This document shows, in pieces, positions 43,354 to 56,203 of a stretch of 64,000 nt of DNA. The position numbers were made by a program, and so were the translations under genes. Within the stretch, counting starts at the first letter, position 1; every line of letters starts with the position of its first letter. The notes beneath the pieces were generated by a model, which did not search any database, was not told where the DNA came from, and saw only the letters and a program-made list of their open reading frames with translations. Source of the DNA: Octopus sinensis (lineage: Eukaryota); the NCBI RefSeq assembly GCF_006345805.1, contig NC_043003.1, positions 36,270,001-36,334,000 of the forward strand, written 5' to 3'.

Positions 43354-45033
43354 CACACATATATATATATATATGCACTTACATACATACACATATAAAA
43401 TCGATTCCTTTTCCTAAAAGAAAGAATGTGATTGATTAGAACAAAATATCACTGTAATACGTTTGTATGATAAGAGAACGCATGCAAACAGTTCTAATGT
43501 GTATAATTATTTATTGAACAAATAACACCAAAGCTTTTTTTTTTTTTGAATTGCAGAAATTTAATATTGATATCAGTTAACGAATAAATTTCTGATGCTT
43601 GACGCTGTTGATATTGGACGAGTATGTGTGTGAATGTTCCTTTTTTCTTTTCTTTTTCGTATTCCCCAGCCTTTCTGACATGGTAGTACAACAAAGGTAA
43701 CGAGTACCCTATCAGATATCTCTAATACATATATCCAACTTTTCAACTGACGACGCATGATCCAAGAGAACAACTTTCCCAAACAACGAACCTTTAACTG
43801 TACCATGTGTTAAGAAGCAGCATTTAGACATTTTTTTAACGAATCTAGTTGAACTTATTTTTTTCTATTTAGTGGGGTGTATTTTGTACTATTTCGTTTT
43901 CGCTTAGATTAAAATAAATTTTCAGAGAAAAAAATATTTTAAATGAGAGATCACTAAAGACGTAATAGAATAAATAAAAATAAACGCTACATCACGAAAA
44001 ATGTGATGGGAAGCCGTGCTATTTTCGATTTTGTTTTTCTTTAATTCGATGTTCTTTTTATTGTTGATACTTGATGTTTTATATTGAATTGTATTTTATG
44101 AAAACCGGCTATGGATTTAGCTTTGGTTTGATCAGTGTTAGAAGTTCCCAGTGAATGATGTGGCAGGAATTACCAAGAAGAGAGGCGTGTGTGCATTCGT
44201 CTGTGGAGCTCTGTGTAATGCTTAACAATTCTTGCAAATATCTGGGGATGGGGTAAAGAAATTACGAACACATTTCTCTTTCATGCTCTCACTTTTCTCC
44301 ACTCCTTGGTCTTCTCTCATCTTTACCCACTCATTCTTCTTATCTCCCAACTTTCTCTCCCCTCACTATGGTTCTCATCAATATCTCCCAATCACTGTCA
44401 TACTTGAAATGCTGAGAGAGTCTTAAATGGAAAAGTGATGTGACGTAAGTAGATACACGCTGATAGAGGCGGATTAATAGATAGAGTAAGAGCTAAAGAG
44501 ATGGCAATAGAGAAAGCGAAGCAGAACTGAAAAGTAAGAGAGGGTGAAGGATGTGAAGTGAGAGAAAATGAGATGAAATCTTACTTAGAGACTCTAAACA
44601 GCGAGAACGAAATTATATTACCGAAAATAACTATTCTGTTTGTCAACGCAATAATTACATGTACTTGGCAGAGTAAGAATATAATGCAGGAGTAAAATAG
44701 TATGCGTGTGTGTTTGTTTGTGTGCGTGCATGTATATGTGTGTATGTGTATGTGTGTGCGTGTGTGTGCGTGTGTGTGTGCAAGTGAAGCATGTAAATGA
44801 TTGATTCTCCCAGAAATTCGTTGCATAATAAGTCCCGGTTTGATTTTGTTATGTTACCTCGGTCGCGTCAACCCATGCGATGTAAGTAAACGACATTTGG
44901 TTCTATGAAAGTTTAGGGAATCTTATCGGGTGACTTATGCTTGTAATCAAGACACACGTGTTACACATTATCGCATCGATTCCGCTTCATAATTACAGTT
45001 AGAGTACAATTCTTAATCGAATATTCAAGTACA

Positions 45034-45255
45034 TACGAGGAGGTGCTGAACAATTCCTGGCTTTAAGGGTATTGCGAAAGTCCTTGTTGGAGGCCCAACC
45101 TTCCGGGTTCTTTTACAGGACTTACAAAAACTGATGGACCTCTGCAATAAGGGCGTGAACCTGAGAGGTGAGTATGCTGAATTACATTTATAGTCAACTG
45201 ATCCTCTTGTATTTTATTTTACCCAAAACCAGGAACTTTCCGGCACCCTTTCATA
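45034..45255 (+). mobile_element. mariner-derived MITE / internally deleted element
   Basis: Imperfect TIRs TACGAGGAGGTGCTGAACAATTCCTGGCTTT and AAAACCAGGAACTTTCCGGCACCCTTTCATA with TA ends. The interior encodes KLMDLCNKGVNLRGEYAE*, resembling the mariner C-terminus. Confidence 0.75.
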
Positions 45256-47777
45256 CATGGTAATTCAGTGAGTAGATATTTCGATGGCCCGGAACCAATG
45301 GACGTCTATTTACGCCCATGTATTTGTGAGTGTGTGTGTGTATGGGTGTCTGTGTGTGTAAGTACGTGTGTGTGTCTGTTTGTGTCTGTGTGTGCGTGCG
45401 TATACGCAGTTGGTCACGCAGTTGGGGACACGCATTCGTAAATTCAAATATAATTTTAGAATGAGCCAACTGAAAGACAAAAATATAAATGGTTTTACCA
45501 AAATTTGTATTGATATTACACACTCTGGACACAGGTACTTATTAACATTCACATATACGCACTTGCATGCACGCACACAAACAAGCATGTATGTACACAT
45601 AGACACACATATACACTCGTATGTATATTTGTTTGAACCTGATGATTCACATCCTTCGTTACTCGCAATTTTTCGCGAACCCAGTCTTGCGAAAAATCCA
45701 GTAGTGACGGAATGAAGCATGAGATAGTAACGAATAAACACGTGACTGTACGCATACACTGAATGCTACCAAAGCACACAGGCACACAGACTGAACGACA
45801 CACATACACACATATATACAAGTATACACATGTCAGATGGTGTGGTGTATGTGAGAGTTTAAAGAGAGAGATATATGTGACTAAACGAGAAAGAAGATAA
45901 CGACAGAGAGAGAGAGAGAGAAAGAGAGAATGGAAAGGAAGTGGAGGCAGACAGAAACAGAATATGTTATTCAGTACCGCGTAGAGGAAATGACAAAGAA
46001 AACGATGAAAACTGAATAAATGTTGAGAAATTTTGAAGAAAAGAGTGAGAAGGAAAGAGAAAGATTGCGAAAGATATAACGTAGCTGGAGATAAAGGGTT
46101 AGAAAGAGAAACAGAGAGAAAAGGAGGGAGACGGAGATATATAGACCAGCAGAAAGACAGACATGTAGAGAGAGGAGAGTGGAGACAGAGAGGGACATAG
46201 TGAAAGAAAAGTATGTGTGTTAAAGAGAGAGAGAGAGAGAGAGAGGGGAGGAGTGTGTTTGCATGTGTGCGTGTGTGCATGTCTGTGAATGCATGTGTGT
46301 ATGTGTGTGTAGAAGCCAAAGAGAGAGGGAGAGAGATAGAGATAGAGAGAGAGGGTGTGAGAGAGAGAGAGAGATGAGACAAGAAAACGCGGTGCAATTT
46401 ACAAAAGCGGATGGAAGGAAAACGAAAATCTCTAATGACGATATTTAATGATAACAGCCATTAGACAGAGGCTCAGATGAAATTGATAATGTTTTTACTG
46501 ACGTAACTAAAATGCTGGAATTTAGGTTTGGGTCGATAGTAATAATGTTGACAGAGAGAATCAGTTGATGCAGGTGTAGAACGACTATTACTTCACTTCC
46601 TGCTCACTGCTAAAGCCTGTTCTTCTTATCTCCCGTGTTAAGCTTCCCTTGAAGAAAACGGAAGTTAAATCGCTTGATGAAATATGAAGGATGTTGAGAT
46701 TTTTCAATTTTCTGATGTATTTTAGATATTTTGAATAGATAACAGCAAATTCTGTTGCAAAGGTTTCATTTTCAAGATGGTGTGGTGAACATAAAATATG
46801 ACGTGTTTTTATGATTCGATGCGAATGTGAATGTAAAAGTGAAAGTGAATATGTTTGTGCGTGTGCGTGTGTGTGTCTGTGTATGTGTGCGTGTGTGTGG
46901 ATTCTTGTGTTTGAGTATGTATTCTTGGGTAAGTCTGCGCTGTGTTTGCCTGTACGTACGTTGTTATATTTAAATGTGTATAAATGAGACAGAAATTTTG
47001 TTTTAGAAAATCACTGAGAATGAGAGAGTGGGAGATAATGTGTTAGAGATCGAAAGATACAAGTTATATTAAAATAAGTAGAGAAGAGAGAATAAGTAGA
47101 GTAGAGAGTGGGGGGGGGGAGAAGAACTCAAATGAACATTGACTAAGTGAAAGTGCGCTGAATTGTGGGTAATGTAACATGGTAGAAGAGAATCATTTGT
47201 GAAGAAGAAAACCAGACGACACAAATGTGTTCAGAGCAAATTGTAAGACTGTAAGTTTGAGAGCCATGGAGGTTTCGAGGAAGTGAAAAGTTCTGAAAAA
47301 ATTGAAGAATGAAGGAAGTTGGTAAGGGGAGAAAGGACGCTATAGAACTATAGAACGCGAGTGACAGACGGAGGGACGAAAACAAAGGAATTCATAGGAG
47401 GAAAAAAAAATCAAAATACATAGAGAAAATTAAAGGAGAATGGAAATAAATATATTGATAGTATTTGGAAGAGAGTAAAAACGTACAAAATTGAAAAATT
47501 AAAAGAACGATTAGAATGAAGAAAAGAATGAAGAAAGACCTGGTTGAACGGAGGAGGCCATCAAAATAATATGGATTTACTAGTAACATGTAATAGCGTT
47601 TAATGTAGTTTTGACCAACAAATATGGCACAAATATTTTGACGCTAATACTTTTTAAAGCAAAATAAGAATGTTTAGGGTTCATAAAACTGATATTTACC
47701 TAATGTCCTACATTCACAGAGCCAGAAGTCGATTAAGTGTACAATAAAAGGCATTCATTTGTATGACAGAGGTGCAT

Positions 47778-48186
47778 TGTCTGTTTGATATTTGTCCTCT
47801 CTGTGTTTAGCCCTTTGTGGGTAGTAAAGAAATATGTATTTCTTCTGCCGCTACGTTCTGAGTTCAAATTCCGCCAAGGTCGACTTTGCCTTTTATCCTT
47901 TTGGGGTCGATTAAATAAGTACCAGTTACGCACTGGGGTCGATATAATCGAATTAATCCGTTTGTCTGTCCTTCTTTGTCCTCTGTGTGTTTAGCTCCTT
48001 GTGGGTAGTAAAAAAATAGGTATTTCGTCTGTCTTTATGTTCTGATTTCAAATTCCGCCGAGGTCGACTTTGCCTTTCATCCTTTCAGGGCCGATACATT
48101 AAGTACCAGTTACGTGCTGGGGTCGATCTAATCGACTGGCCCCCTCACCCAAAATTTCGGGCTGTGAGCCTTGAGTAGAAAAGTAT
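47778..48186 (+). mobile_element. SINE family A, 5'-truncated, with the same 185-bp tandem unit
   Basis: Colinear with 3086-3470. Confidence 0.8.
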
Positions 48187-49243
48187 ATTTTATTTATCTG
48201 ATACAAATTTAGAATTGTGTTTACTAATCGTGTCATATTGCGATGCGTGAGTTTTGACCTTTCATAAATGGCTCAATAAGAAATAAATCGAATGGTGCAT
48301 TTTCCCCTTCTATATACAAATACTGTATCTACTCGAGAGAAAGCATGTTTAAAATATATGATAATTTTCAGAGGCTATTTTACGATCTCACTCATTTTTT
48401 AATCAGTTACCCTACGTTAAAATTATATTTTCTATGCGAAAATTTGACGTAGGAGATTTTCGATTGGCACAAAATCTAAGGAACTGTAAGGAGTTTTTTT
48501 CATAATTTTACTATTCATTCATTTATTTATTTAATCATAGTACGGAGCTTGTTTTATGCAGCAGGTCTTCATGAAATTTTCTCCAAACAGTAAAATTTCC
48601 GTAAGCATCAACATGATAAATCAAAGTTCATGCAGCAGTAATATACGGTTGCAAAGATCAAGGCATTTGATTACGTCCCCAAAATTCGCTTTACGAAATA
48701 GATTGCTGGAAAGATACCAATTTTCCGTTACCCTGTACATATAGACCCTATTCCTCTGAAATGTATATAAATATAGCAATCGAGATTATAGAGAGATGAA
48801 ATAAAATATAATATGGTAAATTTTTCTGAATAGATTTTCTCATCATCATAATAGTTATTGATTAAATTTTATGTTTGGAAATCAAAAGGGAAAAACAAAC
48901 TAACAAATAATTTATTTATCGCGGATATTATTAAACATAAGGTCCAAACCTTCTAGATTACAGTAAAGACTATTCAAAATATGAAATGAAAATCTTTGGG
49001 TTGGATCTTCGTGTTCCCACTATTGACATGGTGACTGAGCCCTGTACCTCAGTTCAATAAATGTAGGTATAATCTAGTTCTATATTTAAGAGATTAGGAA
49101 TTATGTACATCATTTATATTATTTACATTTGAGGTATGTTTGTCCTCATCTTGTTTGTTGTTCGCCATATGTCCACTGGCATATGGCGTTGAGGTTAAGA
49201 GCGCGGGCTACTAACCCCAAGATTCCAAGTTCGAATCTAGTGA

Positions 49244-49279
<36 letters not shown>

Positions 49280-49301
49280 CAACAACAACAACAACAACAA
49301 C

Positions 49302-49351
<50 letters not shown>

Positions 49352-49353
<2 letters not shown>

Positions 49354-49808
49354 TGCCTCCTCATTGATATGACTGTCCCAATCGATATAAACGTATCTGT
49401 CAAGACCTACGAAAAACTGAGCAAATATAAAGATCTGGAAATAGAAATCAGCAAAATGTGGAACCTGAAGACTAAAACAATACTTGTTGTCATAGGTGCC
49501 CTGGGAGTGATAGCAAAAGGGGCTGATTGCTACCTATCTCAGATACCAGGAAACACCAAAATGGCAGTAATTCAAAAGATAGTGCTCATGGGAACTGCTC
49601 ATATCCTACGCAACATACTTTTTTTGTAATCTCAAGTTTTAAAACAAACATAATTTTCGTATGGTTTTTTAGGCATTCACTAGTACAAACCAAATATATG
49701 GCACCCTAGGCATAACACCAACATGAACTTCTAACTTGTTGTCTCTTGAGGTCTCTGGGTGAGACTTGGAGCCAGCTTGTGCAAATGTAAAGCAAGAGTC
49801 AAACATAG
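49352..49808 (+). mobile_element. 3' fragment of an R4/Dong-like LINE inserted in (AAT)n
   Basis: TCLLIDMTVP...EKLSKYKDLEIEISKMW...VVIGALG...GTAHILR is homologous to the 39984-40673 ORF. (AAT)n on both sides. Confidence 0.88.
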
Positions 49809-49815
49809 AATAATG

Positions 49816-49849
<34 letters not shown>

Positions 49850-49912
49850 CAACAACAACAACAACATAGAAAAATACCTTAGAAATGAGAACCCAGGTTC
49901 GAAATTTCCTCA

Positions 49913-49958
49913 AGACACCTGATGAAGGCTGGAGGGTATATCAGCCGAAACGTTGTCT
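49913..49958 (+). ncRNA. Minimal type I hammerhead ribozyme (Penelope-type), core intact
   Basis: CTGATGA-A-GGCTG-(GAGGGTATAT)-CAGCC-GAAA-CG-TT, with a palindromic ACGT stem III and a short stem I (AGAC/GTCT). Confidence 0.65.
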
Positions 49959-51229
49959 GAACAACACACAAGATGATGACAAATATACGTCAAATGTAAA
50001 TAATGTAAATAATGTAGGTATAATTCGTGAATACGAATAGCATATTGCACTTTGGATCATTCAGTCTATAACACACTCAGCTATATTAATTTCATAATAG
50101 TAAAACAATTATAGATAATATAAACTGAAATAGGTCGCTTACATAATTACCATTCTATATGATATTACATTATAATATTCTTCCGTTTCCTCTTCACCTT
50201 TACTTTGATTCTTCACACCTGATACTAAAATCTTGTTTAACTAAAACAAATCTACTGAAAGTGGCCAAGACAAGCTAGGTCTTAATAGCATATGATTTTA
50301 GTGTTGTGCAATGCACAGATCAGCATACAGACATACATTTTGTTTAATTAAAATTAAATCTTTACAATGTTGATAAGAGAATTACTGTAAATGTGTAGAG
50401 TATTTATAGATGAAACCATCATCTCTCCTAAATGTATTTGTCCTAGTGTTTGGGAATCGCGAGAAAATAAAATTGACCCGTGTTCGATAATAAGTTGGAA
50501 ACTTCATATCTCATACACAACTAATGCTGTTCAGTACAAAGTCTCTTCTGAAAAAAATTCAGAATTCATGACTATGAGGACAAAAAAATAATAATAATAA
50601 TAAAACAAAATGATGCCATGATGACTGTCTGTCACCGTGGAAAAAAATCTGGAATCATTTGACAGTCTGCCTACGGCTTAAAAAGCATATCACGAATGGT
50701 GAGACACACTTCGTTAAAAAAAAATAATGCTGTCAACTCATAACGGAAATTATTTAAAAGATTATCTCCTTTCTTATTCGTACTCTCTCGCTCTCTAATA
50801 CACCACTGACTTCTCCTTCATGTCATTACATTTCTCACTCCATTTCCCAACATCTTCATTTTTTTTTTATCAATATAGAAACAGTATTCCTGAACATGAT
50901 TGATTTTATTGGATTTGACAAGAAAGAAGATGCAACGATAGATGGCAGCAAAAGAGTAAAAAAAGTAAATATCATGCACAATTTTTAAAGCACAATTTGT
51001 ATTTAAAAAAAGTTCATAAAAAGTACAATTGTGTGTCAGAACATTAATAAAGTGATCCGATTCCGGGAAATCGTGAAAGTTCAGATCAGAAACAGAAGGA
51101 CAGTTTCAAGCCTGAGCTTCGTGCGTTTTTCTTCTCTAATTTCCTATACAGTTCCTTGTGTGAGTACACCAATACCTTCACGCATAGTTTTTCATGCGGT
51201 TAGATATCAGTTTTTCCTATTTTTCATGT

Positions 51230-51261
<32 letters not shown>

Positions 51262-51596
51262 ATATATATTATATATATATACATACATATACGTATATTT
51301 TTATAAAGTGTATATATATCCTACATATTCTACTTATTCAATACATACACATACACACAATCACACACTCACACGCTGATATATATATATATATATATAT
51401 AATATATATATATATTATATATATATATATATATGCATATACATATATGTTTATATATAGGCACATGAGTATAATCATGCACAGATTGATATGTACGTTC
51501 ATATATATATATGTGTATGTGTGTGTGTGTGTGTGACAGCGTATGTGTGTGTGCGTGTGTAAACATATAAATAGACACACACATATAAACATACAC

Positions 51597-51678
<82 letters not shown>

Positions 51679-51679
<1 letters not shown>

Positions 51680-51850
51680 AGTTTAGTAAAATTTAGATTC
51701 AGATGAATATGGTCCTCAAGTTAAAGGCACCAGAATTTAGTATGGTATTATCCATATATGTTATAATAACGTGATTATAATCAAAATAAGCAACAAGCAT
51801 ATCCAGAGGTAACGAGTACGGTCGTTTCATGCGATTCCATGTATCTTCTT
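51679..51850 (+). repeat. Uncharacterised dispersed repeat; second copy at 55517-55690
   Basis: TTCAGATGAATATGGT...AAGTTAAAGGCACCAGAATTT...GTATTATCCATAT...TGATTATAATCAA...AAGCAACAAG is shared by both loci. Confidence 0.75.
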
Positions 51851-52039
51851 GGTGATTTGGGATAAAAAGAAAATTATACAAATGAGTCCTTCGAGTTTAA
51901 CTAAATTCTATATTTTTATGCAACTGAAGATTGCTCTACATTTCAAATTGATGTAATGTTTGCATTGTTCAATTAAATGGAATCGAATGAAATGATCGTA
52001 CTGCATTACCTCTGGAGATATCCTTGTTGGTTATTTTGA

Positions 52040-52203
52040 TTCGTCCGATCACCGAAGTTAAGCAACATCGAGCCTAGTTAGTACTTAGATGGGTGACCGC
52101 TTGGGAAACCCAGGTGCTGTAAGCATTCCATTTCTTAAATGACGGTGCCCCATCATGGCCACAGCTCATTAGCTGAAACTGAAAAAATCAAAATCAAATC
52201 AAT
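52040..52203 (+). mobile_element. 5S rRNA-derived element (SINE3-like or 5S-LINE chimera) with a LINE 3' tail
   Basis: 52040-52127 matches the 3' part of 5S rRNA (TCGTCCGATCACCGAAGTTAAGC...GTTAGTACTT...GATGGGTGACCGC...GGTGCTGT); roughly the first 33 nt of 5S are absent. 52137-52180 matches the LINE tail at 59775-59818 at 41/44 nt. Confidence 0.8.
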
Positions 52204-52948
52204 ATATATATAGTGTTCAGCTTAGAAGCGATGGAATATTCGGCTTCAGTCAAATGTAGCAGTCTATTCCAGATTCTTGCTAGAAATGATAACTTTGATC
52301 CGGCATCAAATAATATACGTTTTAATATTGAACAAAAAGGATATTTTGATAGCGTTTAATACGTCGTTTTCATATCAATGTATAATATATGATAAGTATT
52401 TTATACTTGCGTTCAATTAATAAATGTTAAAATATAAACCACGTGGTTGAATTTATTCTAAAGCCCAACCTTGTATTGGTAAGGAATCCCCATCACCCCG
52501 AAACCCTCGAATGTTATTGGCTGATAGAAAAAAAATCATAAAATATAGCGTCAATTATGCAGAAATTAGGATTTGTTTCAAGAATTTTATCAGAGAAAAA
52601 TATTTAGCCTTAAAAGAACTAATTTTATGAAACTTATATCTTAATTTCATTGACTGCATCTGTTATCACTAACTGCTCACCATTCATTATATTTCTTAAT
52701 TTTTAACACTATTGGAAATACTACCTCGTCTAACTTTATATTATTTCTACCAACATTGAATGCTATTTTATTTTATATAATAGTCCCCTACTGATTAATT
52801 TTATTTTATTTTACTTTATTTTACTTTTTGCAACACGTCTTTGATCACAGGATATCGATCGACTTCAAAAGCTAAATAGCATTAACTCCTCAGTCAGTTC
52901 CATTTACCAGAACCAATATTAAATCCCTTTATATATATATATAGATAG

Positions 52949-53012
<64 letters not shown>

Positions 53013-53026
53013 ATACAAACACACAT

Positions 53027-53530
53027 TACGAGGGGTATTTAGCCACGTTTAATTATCAGTATATTGCTCTCTTTAATCTGAGAAATTTTTCTGCATTTCT
53101 TTGAGATGCCTTATGACAGAAAAAAAAATTATAAAACGAGAAATGTAAAAGAAACATGCACTCATTGTTACGGCGATTTAGGTATTGCACACTTTCCAAC
53201 GGTTGCGAGATAACATTTGAAAACTTTCAACCACAAATCAACAGTGTTATTCGTCTGTGTTCAAAACATTACCCATGGTCAATCTGGAAAATCAATGAAG
53301 GCAATCACCAAAGATAGACAGGTGTCAGAGTGGACTATCAGTACTGTAGTGGGCTGAATCATACGATATTAGTCGTATACATTGAGGACCACCAAAGTAG
53401 TCTGCAACAAAACAAGAAAACCGTTTCGTCCTAGCCACACTGTTACTCAATAAGGTTAAAACTCTCACGAACAAGATTTTGTTATTTCACGATGAAAATC
53501 ATTTTCACTAAACCCTAAGGTCTAACATGA
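53027..53530 (+). mobile_element. Degenerate Tc1/mariner-superfamily 5' remnant (maT-like)
   Basis: TIR-like TACGAGGGG, VSEWTISTVV (helix-turn-helix-like) and LNKVKTLTNKILLFHDENHF (resembles the F-S-D-E-K first D motif). Confidence 0.45.
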
Positions 53531-53834
53531 GAAATGAGATATGATCATGTGTGAATCCCTTAAAGTGGCTATTATTATAGGCGGTAGAATACAAGTGAAA
53601 ATACTTTTAATGACCAATTTTGTTATTGAACACCATAAGATGTATAACCTCTCTGAAAGATCTCAAAAAATATACCACTGTGCAGAAAAAAATGTATCAC
53701 CGTTGTCGCCTTTGCCCACAACTAAATCTCTGTGGAAAGCCGGATTTGAAATTTCACCAAAAGTATTGCCTAACAGAAATAGGACTGACAACGCCCGTCC
53801 TCGTTGACTTGTTAAACGCATTGATGAGTTACTT

Positions 53835-54520
53835 TTGCATGGTCAGTTTTGGAAAGTCACTTAAGATGCATGTGGATCAAAACCCTGGGATCTTATGAGA
53901 AAAGAGACAGCGATCCATATTATTGCATCTCAAGATCAAGCGCTGCAAACAAACACTTTTGAGAAAATATGTTTATGAGGGAGAAGATATCGGGAAAATG
54001 TAGAGTATGTGGGATTTGGGATGGAATAAGGGCACACATTGCTGCAGAATCCCCTAGAAGGTCCAAGGAGTATATAAGAAACGGCGGTATCATTAAATTC
54101 TGAAGGTTGTATACAATACTGGATGCTATTTTGTATGAAATGGTGGTTTGAAGAAGGAAGTACATGGTACAATCACCGGGTAGAATGAGTCAGTCAGTCG
54201 GAAGCATTGGAGAGTTTGGGGAATTTTCCAATTCAAATGGATAAGAAAATAAATGATAAAAAGCCAGATATGAAAATGATAGAGAAAAAGAATCAAATTT
54301 ACTTACCGATTAATCTATCATGTTCATCCGATTCCACAACTGTGAAAGAAAAAAATGAAAAGTTGAGAAATTATAACCCCTTAAAATTTAGGATTTGAAA
54401 CATGAAATCTATGAATTTGTGTCTGAGACAATTGGTGCATTAGGGACAATGAAGGATGACATACATAGATACGTTTACCTCTTAAGAACAAGAAATATAA
54501 TCAGAAGGGTTTTCACATGT
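53835..54520 (+). mobile_element. Highly degenerate R4/Dong-like LINE C-terminal region
   Basis: LHGQFW, IASQDQALQT, KCRVCG, FPIQMDKKINDKKPDM...EKNEKLRNY and ETIGALGTM appear in the same order as in the 39984-40673 ORF. Confidence 0.7.
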
Positions 54521-55336
54521 GGGTGTCTAAGTTCACATTTAGTAACCTGCTCACCACGTAAATCCTACCAGGAATAAGACCAGTCCTGTGTCAAGATGAT
54601 AATTATGGGGTTGGGGGAGAATGAAAGAAAAGAAAGAGAGAACGATTTACGATTGTATATTCTGAAATATAAGCAAGACGGTTGTTTTATTTTGCATATG
54701 GCGGCTAGATTGATATAACTTTTAGTGTTTTCTCAGAACATAGAATATATATCTTTAATGTGTAAATTAATAAACGCATAATATTACATAAGTACCACTT
54801 TACGATAATAATTAATCATATATATGTTTATTAATTAACCTTCTACATAGTTTACAAAAAGCTATCTAATCAAGTATATATTAATCAATTGAGATAAGAG
54901 TTAACCAATTAATGATTGAGAAAATATTTAAAACTTTATATCGATGAGCGGAAAATAGACCTTAAAATATTGATCGTTGTCTAGATAGAGTTTTCAATCA
55001 ATATCGATGTATGAGATTTTCAGCAGTCTGGTTTAAAGAATACTTAGTTACTGTGTGCGTGTGTGCCATCAATGATGGTGGGTAAAGTTTAAAATTATAA
55101 TTCAATGAACCACAGTTCTAGATCCTTTTAAGTAGGTTTTAGTTTTAAGTATTTATATAACTGTGATTTATATAATTTTATATTTATTCTATTTTCATTT
55201 TATAAGAAAATAACCAATACGATAATGTTTCAACTTTCTTAACTAGTATTTCATTTTTAATATAATTATGTCATCATCGCTCAGATTTTGAAACTCGGGC
55301 CATAACAAACACTATATATATATATATATATATATA

Positions 55337-55372
55337 TAAGTACCATATTCATCTGAATTTAAATTTTTGCTG

Positions 55373-55408
<36 letters not shown>

Positions 55409-55558
55409 CATAAGGGACTAAAGCCATCTGAATATGGCTAGGGACAGGGCAGGGTGGTGGGGGTGTTACTGTTGCATTTAGCCCCAGGCGAACATCGACG
55501 TCACCAGATAGGCCCGATAGTTCAGCAAAAATTTAAATTCAGATGAATATGGTACTTA
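55337..55558. repeat. Perfect 42-bp inverted repeat (55337-55378 / 55517-55558) with a 138-bp spacer
   Basis: TAAGTACCATATTCATCTGAATTTAAATTTTTGCTGAACTAT and its exact reverse complement. Confidence 0.92.
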
Positions 55559-56093
55559 AGTTAAAGGCACCAGAATTTGGTACGGTATTATCCATATCAA
55601 TCAAGTGGGTTGATTATAATCAACATAAGCAACAAGGATATCCAAAGTTAGTGTAGTACAATCGTTTCATGCTACTTTATTTAATTAAACAATGTAAGCA
55701 TTACATCAGTTTTAAAATTCAGAGCACTCATCAGCCATATATGGAATTTAAAAAAAAATCCATCTGCCAACATTATAAAGAGGCAGTTTTTGTCCAAACC
55801 CTATCAATGTTTGTTCAACATTTGAAAAATCCCTGAATATTACTGGCATGATGTGGAAAACTTGGCAGATTGGGCAACCCTATAGTAGAAACAGCTGTAA
55901 ATGTTTAGTATTTTTCACTCATATATTTTTATTCATTTGTTTATTTATATTTATTTACCTGTTTGTTTGCTTATTTCATTTGTTCATTTTGATTACTTAT
56001 ACATATGATTTCAATGAATCAATAACATAGATATAAATGAATGTCTACAGGCTGATGTTTGTCGATTGATTATTCGCTTAATTTTCTTATTTG

Positions 56094-56170
<77 letters not shown>

Positions 56171-56203
56171 CGTATGTGTGTGTATGCATAAATATATATA
56201 TAA

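Larger units (their letters stand above)
49076..50025. mobile_element. Second locus of the palindromic tRNA-head/hammerhead element, with the left arm internally deleted and the right arm interrupted by a LINE
   Basis: Centre CGCCATATG-TCCACTGG-CATATGGCG (49163-49188). The right arm resumes after 49808 and matches 42570-42735. Confidence 0.8.

Noticed and set aside
52040-52127. Functional 5S rRNA gene
   Set aside because: It lacks roughly the first 33 nt and the oligo-T terminator, is not in a tandem array, and is fused to a LINE tail.
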